From Lingula anatina (taxonomy: Eukaryota; Animalia; Brachiopoda): a DNA stretch of 64,000 nucleotides. This document shows positions 26,401 to 37,932 of the stretch, one piece after another (the stretch's first letter is position 1; each line of letters opens with the position of its first letter). The translations under genes were made by a program, and so were the position numbers. Location: contig CM120649.1 of assembly GCA_051362555.1 (NCBI GenBank), positions 6,572,001 to 6,636,000 of the forward strand, read 5' to 3'. The notes beneath the pieces were generated by a model. That model was not told the origin of the DNA. It worked only from the letters and a program-made list of their open reading frames with translations, and made no database searches.

Positions 26401-27257
26401 TTTTGTATAAAACGTGGATAAGGAAAAGGATAATGGTCATTCAGGATTTGATAAAGGAAGATGGAAACTTTCTATCCTATGACGAATTCTGTATTAAATA
26501 CAACTTCAGACCGGCCTTTACAATTTTTATGGGTTTAAGAAATGCTATTTTGAGTGAATGGACTATTAATTCTATCATAAACTCTTTGCAACAACTGCCT
26601 TCTCAACCAATATTATTTTACTGGCTGAATAAAAGTGAGAAAGGAGCAAAAGAATTTTACAATGTTTTTTTATCGACAACTCAATCGAAATTGTCAAGTG
26701 AATATAAATGGGAAAGAGATCTTAATTTCACGGCAGATAACGAACTATGGAAAAAATATTATTCATCTATTTTCTTTGTCACAATTGATGTAAAGCTAAG
26801 ATGGTTCCATTATAGACTTATTCATCGGATATTGAGTACAAATTGCTATCTAAAAAAAATAAGGTTGGTAAATGAGGACAAATGTGACTTTTGTAATGTA
26901 GAGATAGAGTCATTGCTCCATCTTTTTGTAGCATGTGATTATGTTAATACCTTCTGGACATCTTTTTGTGGATGGATAAGTGAATTACATCAATTCAATA
27001 TAGATCTTAGTCCAGTAGATATTATTTTTGGAAAAATTGGGAAAAAGTATAAACTGCTAAATCTGTTTATTGCATTAGCAAGATTACATATTTATAAACA
27101 AAAAATGAGAAAGAATCTGCCATGCCTGGATAGTTTGAAATTTGAAATACAATATTATTGCAAAGTAGAAAAACAAATTTCTCAGAGAAATAATTGTCTT
27201 CAAAAATTTGAAAAAAAGTGGGGGCTATATTTGAATCACATAACTTTGGAAATATAA
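23436..27257 (+). CDS. LINE ORF2p: APE endonuclease, reverse transcriptase and C-terminal CCHC knuckle
   Basis: SMNCRGL, LQDTH, GDWN, RLDY, TDH (endonuclease); KSPGPDG, WRPISLL, DFQKAFDS, GCRQGDPISP, YADD (RT); CDFC...HLFVAC. No stops. The likely start is MDNLKI at 23436. Confidence 0.96.
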   Translation: MDNLKIMSMNCRGLQDVKKRKDVFKFLREKQFDIYCLQDTHFSEKDYAYVRSQWGYECFISPGRTDSRGVAVLLNNKIEYKVQSVQTDNIGNFISLRMNIEKNFEVNLVNIYGPNSDSPNFFSKLASDLENYDTDFNIICGDWNMTQDVNLDTFNYSDNVNNPRAREAMHDLKSKHNLVDPWRIKNHNTKRYTWFRRNPTKKARLDYFLITREIMNLVQKAEINPGYRTDHAYISLEVQINEQTKGAGFWRFNNSVLKDLEYVKKVKQVIEETKKDYALLPYNLDAINSISEMELCFSCDDAMFLEMLLMNIRGMTISYCSKKKRESSKIKKSIENQIKIIQELTDFDHSETLMEVKSDLQLQLEEIRKNELKGLLLRSRSKWIEDGEKATKYFCSLEKRNYINKNIRKLINTDGQEINDQKLILGEIETFYKDLYRSQDDNLDDVNLYEMFQDLNIPTLRENQRQALDEDITLDDIHKSLHKMSNDKSPGPDGFTAEFFKFFWNDIRFFLYRSYLHSFDIGHLSISQKQGIISILPKGDKPREYLRNWRPISLLNITYKILAGVLANKIKTVLDDLIHENQKGFISGRYIGENTRLLYDILQFTEENNIPGMVLLVDFQKAFDSVSWKFLFKTLDFFNFGPKYKKWIELIFNGFELCVIQNGIFSKFFNIRRGCRQGDPISPYLFLLCAEIMGIMIRNQADIKGIDLGDESYKIMQYADDTVILLDGNENSLKSCLNIIQQYSKFSGLMPNIEKTQCIWIGSKINNSEKLCPEYNISWTSEPFTVLGVVFSLNLKDMITLNYKGKIEEIKKLISYWSKRMLTVIGRITVVKTILIPKLIHYFLSLPNPSAEIIKSLEKLFFKFIWNNKNDRVSRNTIVQDYCHGGLKMPHLSFLLKSMKITWFRRLLEGDSSWKKLVLKSMMPNFCETFLVYGNWNLKEFANNNNNNFWKDALMALYEFKTIIDDDLNVCSQNPLWLNFRIRIENKPILYKTWIRKRIMVIQDLIKEDGNFLSYDEFCIKYNFRPAFTIFMGLRNAILSEWTINSIINSLQQLPSQPILFYWLNKSEKGAKEFYNVFLSTTQSKLSSEYKWERDLNFTADNELWKKYYSSIFFVTIDVKLRWFHYRLIHRILSTNCYLKKIRLVNEDKCDFCNVEIESLLHLFVACDYVNTFWTSFCGWISELHQFNIDLSPVDIIFGKIGKKYKLLNLFIALARLHIYKQKMRKNLPCLDSLKFEIQYYCKVEKQISQRNNCLQKFEKKWGLYLNHITLEI

Positions 27258-28098
27258 TTAATACATGTATATTAATGACTTGTTACTATATGAATGAATG
27301 AGTGAGTGAAAGGTGTCCTATGTCTTGTCCATGTCAATATGTGTTTATATATAAACCCACTTTATAGAGGTGCTGTGATGTTTTTGTTTTTGCTGATTTA
27401 AATACTGAAAGAAAAGTATACGTAATTCATATTAGTTTTAATCATCATTCTTCCTTCCTGCACACTCACTTTGAACAAATCTGTTTTGTATACCTTTATA
27501 TAGATATTTATTGATTGCTATGATTTATTGATTTCAAAAATACTAGACTTCATTAACCTGACTTTCTTGTTTATAAAATACTTAAGATTTGTAAGAGGAG
27601 GTACAATACTCTAGGACATAGAAATTTGCATATTGTCTCATTAATATTTCAGGATTTAATGTAAAAATTGTTATGTTCAATGGCATTCCTCTGTAAAATG
27701 GGTAATAAAAACAAAAAAAAAAAAAAAAAAAAAAAAAAATAAAATAAAATAAAATTTATGCAAGGGTCGATGTTCATTGCATCACTTCAGACGGGGTGTC
27801 GTTGACGTTGATGGAAAACAGCGTTTCAAGGACATTCCTCCACCCCTGACGTCCATATATATCATTATTAAACGTCTTACCAATGCTAGTTTTCAAGCCG
27901 TTCTGAAATGCGACAAGTGCAAGTTTTTTAGATATTTGTAAAAATTCCCCAGTTGCGTGGATACAACGTCCCATGGTTTTAACGCGTTCTGCGGCGTACT
28001 CCGTCTTGGTTCTATTAATAGCAGTAGTTTCGTCCCGAGGAGACACGCCGGTGTAACTGCAACTTTCGCACCTTTCGTTCCTCGTTCCCAGCACAATA

Positions 28099-31000
28099 AT
28101 GAAACCGTGTAACGCTATTAATAGCAGGGGGAGTTTGCCGGTGAACCAGGAAGCCAGAGGAGAGAGCAAACTGAACTTAGGCATTCCTATCGCGACGTTC
28201 GTGGTTTGCGGTTTGATGGTGGCCGGGGCTAGCCTCTTCCTTGTTAACAAGCACGAAGCGTTGTGCAGGGAGGTGGACGAACTAAAGAGACAGCAACAAA
28301 AGCTCAGAAGTGTTTTAGATGACCTGCAAGCGCCTGGAGGAGCCAGAGAAAACTTGAAGACAGCAAAATTGGTAATTATTTTTCAATTAAACTTGAATTA
28401 AGCAACGCTTCTTGTTGCACGATAAAAATGTTGTCGACAAAAGTTGTAATACTCGCGGTTGCGCTCAATGCGACTTTCTGGTAAACACCAGAGTAAGGTT
28501 TCATTATGCTACGTAATGTAATCAATGTCACTGAGCTTTTTTGTATAGCTTTAAATAATATGCACCGTACAACACACCTGTAATCAACGACGGTTTTCAA
28601 AGGGTTAAGGATGCCAATGTTGTGGTCAACGCACGATACGGCTGACCAGTTTAGAGGCAGTAAGCCGAAATCAGTACATGGGCATAAAATAGAAACATGC
28701 GGTCCACATTATTAAATATTGCACCAAAAGACGCAAATTTCATTAAACTATGTGACATCACGTCTTGAATCTTTGCACGCACTGGCATTGAGAGGATGTG
28801 GTCTCCCCTGGCTTAATTCAGTCTCGTGTTTATGTCCCAGTAGTTGTCATTACTCAGTCTCTAACGCAAGTGAAAGTAACCAGCTAAAACAAGCATGGAA
28901 ACTACGTATTTTTTTTATTTTGATGGTACATGTATATGTTCTGCTATCTGATGCTAAAAGGCAGGATTCAGGAATTTTAACTTGACATCTAAGTGGTCTC
29001 AAAATAAGGTGACAGAGATTACATGGGTGGGGGGAGCTGCAGTATTCGCCAATTTGAATTCGCCTTAGCTTAAAACAACCCACGGGGTGTCGGGTGACTC
29101 CGGAAGAGAGTATTTTGGGTTCTTATTTTTTAATAAAAAAGTCGATATTACCATTTGTGGCATTTTGTACTTACCACCTTCAGCTACACATACCTAATAT
29201 TTAACTGTGCTGCATCTTCCACTTGGTAATGTTTATAACTATAAATAATAACTGTAAATATTAAGGTTCATTTCACATACTAGAAAACAGGCTCGTGCAA
29301 AATGAATTGCTATACCTTAGTCTTGTATACAGTACTTATACACTGTAGTATGATGCTGTGAGCAGTTGACTCGGCATTAAGACTGCATCTAGTTTGTGAT
29401 TATGAAATACTGGAAATGTATGTGCAATAATGATGCATATCTTTATATGTAATTTTGCTGCAATTTATATGCGTAATTTTATTTTATTATTACTATTATT
29501 ATTTTATTTATTTATTTATTATTTTTTTTTTGTATTATTACTATTACTATTTAGCTCTGTATATTTTCACCAGCTCCGTCTAGAGTGAAAAGTATAAATA
29601 AACCACTGTTATTTATCTAGAGTGCTTCTCTGGTCTTTTATAACTGTTAAGAAACCTTGAATAATGGAATAGCTTCAACTTAAGCTTCCTCAGATGCTCC
29701 CGTATTAGTTTTCGTAGGCAGCGATACTATATTCTTTCACTACAGCTTGCGCCTAATTCTTAGAAAAAAATGATAAGTAAAGAAAATCTACAGTATATGT
29801 ATGTTTTAGAATAAGAAGTTTGCATAGCGACTTCTTTTTTCTATGTACTTTTAACGCAATAATAGTTCACCGGTAGCTATTTATACAGGAAAATAAAGTC
29901 ATACCTTTGCATAGCTTCGAAATTTAATCTACCTGTCAATGAGGCATGTACAAAATACGGAAAGGTTCAGCTCCAATTGAAATGCCCTTAATGCACAGGT
30001 GCGCGTGTTGATACGCGAAACATTATTATCAGCATACGTAAGAAGTTGGCACAGATAAGAGTTTTTTATGCTATGAAAAGGCGACTTATACACTGGTAGA
30101 TCCATTATTTTGATAAAAGGGGGGGGGGGGCGCGAGGATAAACTTTTGCCTAGCAAAGTGACACGAGACAATATTATATAATATAATATTATTATATAAT
30201 ATAATATTATATAATATAATATTACTCAAATGTATGTGGGGCACATCGATGTTTTTTTTTTTCTTCTTCTTCTTTTTTTTTTTTTTGTGGGGGGGGGGCT
30301 CATTTCGCTCGTAATGCTGATATTTTTGGACGGGTTAGGGGAAAGGGTACGTGAGCGTTGTGCCCCCCCCCCCCCCTCCCGCATTGTACAATGTATATAT
30401 TGCACCATGGAATGCGGAAGGGATAAAAATAGGGGCGCCTGCTCTAAATTTTAACAATTTACTGGCAACTTAGCGGCAGCATAGGGCTTCTGGATTTAGT
30501 TAGCTGAGGGTTTAATGTCTTTCTCGTCCGTTGTGTGTCAGGCCTTTAAAAGAGGCATAATATCCTGTAAACTAATTCATGTCAGACGGTATACACTTAT
30601 AACAATTACTACATTTATATTGATATTGACTATGCAGGGGCGGATCCAGAGATATTTTTGACAGTCTTCCAAATTATCTTTGTTGATCCATCCGCCATTT
30701 TTTACCTTCTTCCGACAGAAAAAAAAACCCGCCAATGTAAACTTTAAAATCTGACCGTCCTCTGGAAGAACAAGAAGACGTGGTCTCAATCCGCCCTTGC
30801 TGTGGGGTTTCGCCGCTAGATCTATCATAAAAAATCTGATATCCTTCTCAATTATAGCACTGCCAGATGATCACTCTATCAAATTATTTGTTCACTCAGC
30901 TTAAGCTTCATCAGAGCGAATTTTCATTCACATGAAAAGATCTATCTTGAACAGCTGTATTAATTACATTTTAGAAAAAATATAGATGTCGCATGCTAGT

Positions 31001-33005
31001 AAGATATACGGGTCACACACAAAGAAATTAAGAGTATCTCAAGATTGAAAATAAAGATACTTCTTATTAACCTTTTTATCTTTGTAGAGCAAAGAAAAAA
31101 GCGGAAATATTACCACACACCGTGGCGACGGCCAAGCTCATCAGAGACATGGTGTGCATTCTAAGCACAATCACGGTAAGCAGTTATCTCAACCGGCCTT
31201 ATCTCAACTAACACAATTATGTAGTTGTGTTTTTGTGCCGTGAACTTGTACTACAGAATCGTTCGAACATACCCTAGGCATCGCAACTTAGCCTAAAATC
31301 AAGCAAGATTTCGTAGTTTTGGGAGGAGAAAGGTGTTTTACAAGTAATGGCAAACTAATCTGTACGTTGCGGCAACGTATAAATAATTGATGAGCGGTTA
31401 TTTTGCTGGTTGTTTTTCTCTTACTTCTGTTGAATTCTATTACTATTATAAGGCACGACAAAACGAGCTTTCCGTGTTGTTGCTTTTCGAGACAAGATTC
31501 CCGACCGCATCGCTGAAAAGTTATCTCACTGGGATCTTGTTTTGTATGACGCATGCGCAGTGCCAACCTTCTCATTCTTGGCTATCTGGGATGATTTTAA
31601 TATTATATCTTTGACACTCACAGCCTGGTGTTAATTTATTTATTTATCTATTTATTAATTGATTGATGCATTTATCTATCCCTTTGTTGATTCATTCACA
31701 TATCATATTTATTTATTTAATTAATTAATTTATTTTTTTATCTAGCCCGGTATTTATCTATTCCATTTTTTTATGTGTAAACTGTAAACATTTAAACTTT
31801 TATTATACATTTTACTTACGGCTTATATATTCATTTTAAGCGTTTACATGATTCTTTTCTATCTGTAGCTACAAATATATGCATATTGTTTCATTTAGCT
31901 CTAAATGTACTTAAATGTTTTATCTGTTCAAATATGACTTCATACACCGCAAAAGTATGTTTATGGAATATAACAAGAACCTCAAACTGTAAATCATATC
32001 TTAAGGAACAGGGATCGTTCATCATATGGCTTATGTTAAACTGTTTGTCTTACATGCGCTAAGACTGGGTTCCCACAGATTTAGATCGATCCATCTGGAT
32101 CGACCTAACTCCCTGGGGGTTCACGCTAAATTGCTGTCAGCCGAACGCGCACGGAAGTTAATAACCCCCTTACAGCTTTTAGTAGGCGGGGCAGACATTT
32201 AAGCCGGTTAATCTGACAACAATCTAGTGAGACTCTCCACAGGGATAGATCGATCTAAAATCTGTGGGAATTCAGTCTAAGACTATGTAAGAGATGCAAA
32301 CGATATACATTTTAACATTACAATTAAATGTTTTATTAAGCCTTAACAACATAGACCCCATAATCGACGCGTATATCTTGTTGGATTAAAAATATTTTCA
32401 TGCAGTGCATTGAATCTACGTCTACCTTTCAGCTGTACATGTGCGACATCTTAACACCAAGATCCTCAGAGGGCTGCGTAGAAAGGTATGCACATAGAGC
32501 GCATTCGGAACAGTGGACTAACAGATCCGCAAATCAAATGCGGCGACTCACTAAAAAGCTTGCCGATTATTTCAGGATTAGACACTGAATAGATTTCTCG
32601 AAGGGATTACGCAACAAGCATTCAAGTGGGTCGGCTATATTTGATCCACGGAACTGTTAGTCCCCTGTTCTAAATGAGCTCATGCATGTATGCGTGTGTG
32701 AGCTGGTCTCTTTCTATGTGGACTGGTGCCTTTATATATTTATATTCATACGCTGGTGCTCATGAGTCAAGTAACGCTTTTATTGTTTAATTTTCTGAAA
32801 ACAAAAAGAAGGCTTTTGGTTAGTGCGAATTTTGCACAGCCGCTGTAGACGTCCGTTGTTGTTACCTTGAACCATTATACCGTAAAAGGTGATTACTTTT
32901 CATTTATCTTTCCATGACTCAGAAGAGAAGCGAAGATAGTTGTCAAGGCGCTGTCTTAACACATGTTAATAAAAGCGACGGTAAACAAGAACGTTTGAAT
33001 CAAGG

Positions 33006-33103
<98 letters not shown>

Positions 33104-35843
33104 CCACGGTCGAACTGCCACAACCATATTAATGATTGATAGCCAGCTTGTTTCAAAATTGTAACTCCGATAAAACTGTAAGCACTGGGGCGATACGGCA
33201 AATACACATTATCTATCATGTCCTCAGCATCAGCAAGACAGCCCTGGCAATAGGCAGAACAACGTGCTTTTATATTTTCCCAGTTTTTAAAAAACATTAC
33301 ATGAACCTCGGCATTCATAATTTTTTTTCTGGAAAGTTGGCTTTGTCTCAGTCAAGTTATCAACCGTATGGTACTGTTTCCATTCCAGGGATTGTGCAAT
33401 GGACAGAGCCCGAGCATGGCGGGATGGTGCTCAATGGCGGTAAAATAATGATACCGTGCTCGGGGTTTTATTACGTGTATGCCCAGCTGACGTTCAACGG
33501 TATGCGGGAATGGTAAGTTAACGAAATCACACACATTTAAGTTACAGATGAAGCTAGCGTGGGTTACCTATGACGTGGGTTACCTATGACGTATAGCACG
33601 TCTTAGAGGGCACTCAGATCAGGGGACTAACAGATCCGCGGATCAAATATGGCCGACCCACTTGAATGCATGCTAGGTAATCCCCGCGGGCAATCTATTC
33701 AGTGTCTAATCATAAATTAAGAGGCACGCTTTTTAGTGGGTCGCCTTTTTTGATCCACGGATTAGTTAGTCCGCTGTTCTGAATGCGCTCTTATACGATT
33801 AAAAAAGTCCACATGCCAAGGGATTAGAATTGTTAACATACGGCCATAACCAAATATCTTGTTGAACACAACACCCTGCTCTAACACAATGTCTAATCAC
33901 ATCTATAACAATAATCCGCCATAGCTAGCAAAATACCCTGTAACACATCTAACACAATTTCTAATTACATCCAAAACATGTCTTGTCACATCAAACACAA
34001 TGTCTTATTATATTTAACAGTCTCAACACTGTAAAACAATGCCGTAACGTCCAGCACAGTGATCGTCATATCACATCTAACACAATTCAACCACATCTGT
34101 TGTTATACTCTGTCACACTGGCACAATACACTGTCACAACTTGCATACTGGTTTGTCACATCTAGCACATCTTGCAAAATAATCATGCTAGCATTTTCAT
34201 TTTTCATGAAACGCTTTCGCAACTAACCCAATTCTCTTTTACATTTTTACAATATTTTGCTGTTTCTCAGACAATGTTCTACGTGATTGGTATATATGCC
34301 AGTAATGATAATAATAATAATTATTATTATTATTACGCATTAAAATTATCCTCCTCGCTTGTGCCCTCCTCACTGGTGTTCTCCCCGATGGTGCCATTCT
34401 CACTGGTGCCCTCCTCATTGGTGCCCTACTCACTAGTGCCCACCAGTGCCCTCCTCACTAGTACCCTCCTCACTGGTTCCATCCTTACTTGTGCCATCCT
34501 CACTGGTGCCCTCATCATCAGTGTCCTCCTCACAAGTGCCCTCCTCACTGGTGCCATCCTTATTGGTCCCATCCTCATTGGTGTCATCCTCATTAGTGCC
34601 CTCCTCACTAGTACCCTCCTCACTGGTTCCATCCTCACCAGTGCCCTCCTCATTAGTACCCTCCTCACTGCTGCCATCCCCACTGCTGTCATCCTCATTA
34701 GTGCCCTCCTCACTAGTACCCTCCTCACTGCTGTCATCCTCATTAGTGCCCTCCTCACTAGTACCCTCCTCACTGGTGTCACCCTCATTAGTACCCTCCT
34801 CACTGGTGCCATCCTTATTGGTCACATCCTCATCGGTGTCATCCTCATTAGTGCCCTCTGCACTGGTGCCATCCTTATTGGTCACATCCTCATCGGTGTC
34901 ATCCTCATTAGTACCCTCCTCACTGGTGCCATCCTTATTGGTCACATCCTCATTGGTGTCATCCTCATTAGTACCCTCCTCACTGGTGCCATCCTTATTG
35001 GTCACATCCTCATCGGTGTCATCCTCATTAGTGCCCTCCTCACTGGTGCCATCCTTATTGGTCACATCCTCATCGGTGTCATCCTCATTAGTACCCTCCT
35101 CACTAGTACCCTCCTCACTGCTGCCATAATGCTGGCAAATGATTATCTTTATTCCTACAAAATAAAGTTCTGTTTCAGCGATCCAGCTAGGCTTTATAAA
35201 CCCTACTACCAGGTACAAGCAGATAAGAAAGTGAATGGCGTCGTATTAATGGAGGCGTTCAGTGACCTGCCTAATGGGTAAGCCAAACAACTCATTTATA
35301 AAATTTTCATCAAGAAAAAAAAATTAATCTGTGTTATGCCACAGCGTGTATTTAAATAACCCTGGCCATTGATTAATTGGCTTTAATAGGTAGATGGACA
35401 ATTATCCCTATTAATGTCACTTTGCTGCAATTTTTATGTATTTTGCATTACAGTAAAATGAATGACCTCTGGTCAGCATCAGTTTTTTAACCTCCTCCCC
35501 ACCCCACCCCAACCCTGTGTCAGCAACTGGCTGCCAGGATGTGGCCATGCAATGACCATGATACTAGTATGTACATATGGTCTATTTACAAAGTCGGTAA
35601 ATGTCGTTTAGCAAATGTCGTTTACCGTCGTTTTTTTCTTTCAGTGGATGTCGTGACGGAAGGGGCGCTACTTCCAGTAGAGCTGACGCACCATACTTTC
35701 CCTTGGACGCAGTATACGTCGGTGGCGTTTTCTACTTCGATGCGTGGGATGAGATAAGCGTGACAATACCAAGGGACAGCCTAAAGGCTGTGATTGACAT
35801 GAATCCAAAGCGTTCCTTTTTTGGCGCTTTCAAGATCCCTTGA
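28099..35843 (+). CDS. TNF-superfamily ligand gene 4, about 258 aa, type II membrane protein; exons 28099-28371, 32923-33004, 33389-33512, 35179-35277, 35645-35843 (stalk exons uncertain)
   Basis: 273+82+124+99+199=777 nt in frame. TM segment IPIATFVVCGLMVAGASLFLV, coiled-coil stalk, KLKR junction, then IVQW...GKIMIPCSGFYYVYAQLTF...VLME...AVYVGGVFYFDAWDEISV...SFFGAFKIP*. Confidence 0.85.
30634..30800. mobile_element. Short MITE-like element
   Basis: Termini gcaggggcggat and atccgcccttgc form an inverted repeat. Confidence 0.5.
32063..32277. mobile_element. MITE family A, Tourist/PIF-Harbinger-like
   Basis: TIRs gactgggttcccacagatttagatcgatc and gatcgatctaaaatctgtgggaattcagtc, flanked by TAA on both sides. 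A reverse-complement copy lies at 58428-58628. Confidence 0.8.
32497..32681 (-). mobile_element. MITE family B copy, inverted relative to 33606-33790
   Basis: gagcgcattcggaacagtggactaacag...ctgttagtcccctgttctaaatgagctc; the interior is the reverse complement of the 33606 copy. Confidence 0.8.
33606..33790 (+). mobile_element. MITE family B copy with a TTA target-site duplication
   Basis: tta|gagggcactcagatcaggggactaac...gttagtccgctgttctgaatgcgctc|tta. A 3-bp TWA TSD is typical of PIF/Harbinger-derived MITEs. Confidence 0.8.
34350..35127. repeat. 15-bp minisatellite (cctcactggtgccat-type) with a 60-bp higher-order unit, in a TNF4 intron
   Basis: About 50 units. The 60-mer cactggtgccatccttattggtcacatcctcatcggtgtcatcctcattagtaccctcct repeats five times at 34801-35100. 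Confidence 0.92.
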
Positions 35844-36154
35844 ATATGTTAAAATACTTCTCAACAAGGCATGTAAATTTAAATTTATAATCATAAGCAC
35901 ATCTAAATGCAAGATTTTCGCAGGAGAAGAAAGAAACGCGAAACGAGTGAGCAGGTGTAGATATATATTTCCCTCTCCTATAGTTCTACATATCTGCACA
36001 TAAACATGCCCAGTACTGAGACCACAGGGGAATGCGCCTGTGACTTCTCATGCCGTGTAAGACACTGTACAGGTTTCCGAAACTGCAGTATTGGTGTATA
36101 TCTTGGTCCCTGATATATCTGACCTTAGTGCGATCTTCGATATACAGAGTACAT

Positions 36155-36452
36155 GTATGACTCAAATCATTCCCGGCGATACGCGCCCGTGTTCCATGTC
36201 TTGGTTTATCTTATATATGCATGACCTCTGACCAGATATTTGACTTGACTCAAGCCCGGTGATTCATGAATGAGTTCTAGTTCTTGGTTTATGTTATATC
36301 TGACCTCTGACCTGACCTTTGACCTGATTCATGCCCGGTGATTCATGTAAGTGTTCTAGTTCTAGGTTTATATTATGTCTGACATTTCACCTGACCTTCG
36401 ACTTGATTCATGCCGGTGATACGTGACCGTGTTTCAGTTCTCAATTTATGTT
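36155..36452. repeat. Degenerate tandem repeat with a unit of about 75-80 bp, downstream of TNF4
   Basis: Recurring tgacctctgacc...tgattcatgcccggtgat...gttctagttc..ggtttat blocks. Confidence 0.7.
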
Positions 36453-37710
36453 AATGTATATCTATCTATAAATTACTTGCTCGAAGCTCTGCGCCGGGAA
36501 TGTCTTTTAAGGAACCAATACAACAATGACTGACAAAACGTGATCTCCTTCTGTGATGTCAGCTTTTATCCACACTCAATTTTGGCATGATTTCTTCTCC
36601 CACTTCCCTCCAAGTCCCGATAAAATATTTTACTAGACTTAGCTACTCTCCGTTCATTCCATTGGTTAGGGCCTACAACCAAGAGAGTTGCCCTTCATGT
36701 GCCGAGCACATTTTAACCTTTGCTTTTCGATGATCAAACGATTTTGTCTTTTAAAAATGGCAGTGATATTCCTAGGACGTACCTGTAACCCACATAATCT
36801 GGTGTTATTTACAGGTGGATATATATAAAAGTGTATGTAGATAGGTAATATATTTGTAAAGTTTATATTACAGGACCCTGCGCAGTATGTCATAAAACGT
36901 AAATTATGAGAATGAACTATGCTGTGCATGTTTCCACTATATACCAATTACTATTGAAAGAAAGTGGTTAGTATTGAGTCATAACAAATATTCATTGTAA
37001 ATACTAGTTCAATTTTAACCGCCGCCAAGGATTTTTTTCAATTGTCGGTCTGTTGAATAACAGTCTAGCTCATAACTTGACAAAATTTTCATGATAGGTC
37101 AGAAATGGGTAACTTGGAATCAATTAAATTGTGGTTCGCCCTCTGGGTATTTTTCTTATTAAGAATAGGTGGCGATAATATATTGTACATGGGATGGTTC
37201 TAAATATTGAACATGTCTTAAATATGTTGATATATGTATCACTGATGAAATGTAATAAAATGATTGATAAGATTTGAAACCAAGCTGTTATTTATAATGT
37301 CCTCAGCAACATATCCATAGTACATGCACAAGGTACAGGCAGTTCTATTACTGTCACTTCCAGTGAGGCAAACGAACAATTTAAATTTATTTATATATTT
37401 TGTTTATTTATTGATATACGCACAACATGGAAATATGTTCTTTCACATCTAACACACCCTTCGTGTGATTGCATGGCAGCTGTAAGTACCCCGGAAAGAA
37501 TTTCGGACATGCGTATGTCGATTTCGTACAAACATCTAGAAACTTGACAGAATATTGGTACCGGACATGATATGCCAATCTTAGCATCCATTATTTGCAA
37601 TATCATAAATGAAAAGAAAATTAGCCATCTGCGGAAAATTACGACGTGACGTCGCGATTGTAGATTGTGACGTACTGTGTTCAGGTAACGCAAAAGGGAT
37701 CATTCACAAT

Positions 37711-37932
37711 GAAACTGTCGGTCTCCAAAGATCGATCCAACTCCCCGGGAGCTCTCGCTGAATGCAATCAGGTTAACAGATTAACATGCTTCCTCTTGTT
37801 TCCAACTTACTAGTATAATCATCTTTTCTGCATTTCACTAAACACGAGGAGGGGCGTTCATCTGTTAATCTGATTGCATTCAGCGAGAGTCCCCGCAGAG
37901 TTGGATCGATCTACGGAGACCGATATAGTTTC
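37711..37932. mobile_element. Hairpin MITE with about 70-bp arms and an AAT TSD
   Basis: gaaactgtcggtctccaaagatcgatccaactc...ctcgctgaatgcaatcag pairs with ctgattgcattcagcgagag...gagttggatcgatctacggagaccgatatagtttc. It shares the gatcgatc and ctcgct.aat motifs with family A. Confidence 0.75.

Larger units (their letters stand above)
21518..27752 (+). mobile_element. Full-length L1/Tx1-clade non-LTR retrotransposon, about 6.2 kb
   Basis: Two intact ORFs, a 3' AATAAA and poly(A) at about 27704-27752, and a perfect 16-bp TSD aatttatgcaagggtc at 21502-21517 and 27753-27768. The insertion is at a TT/AA junction. Confidence 0.96.

Noticed and set aside
27774-28250. 158-aa minus-strand ORF, and similar antisense ORFs at 2957, 14588, 22400, 24454, 25532, 62558 and 63114
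   Set aside because: These are antisense shadows of real coding exons or LINE ORFs, with no recognisable motifs.
34433-35218. 261-aa acidic ORF (EEGT/EDDT repeats) resembling a biomineralisation protein, and the overlapping 369-, 227- and 128-aa ORFs
   Set aside because: All arise from one 15-bp minisatellite inside a TNF4 intron. Several frames are open at once and there is no signal peptide or independent gene structure.
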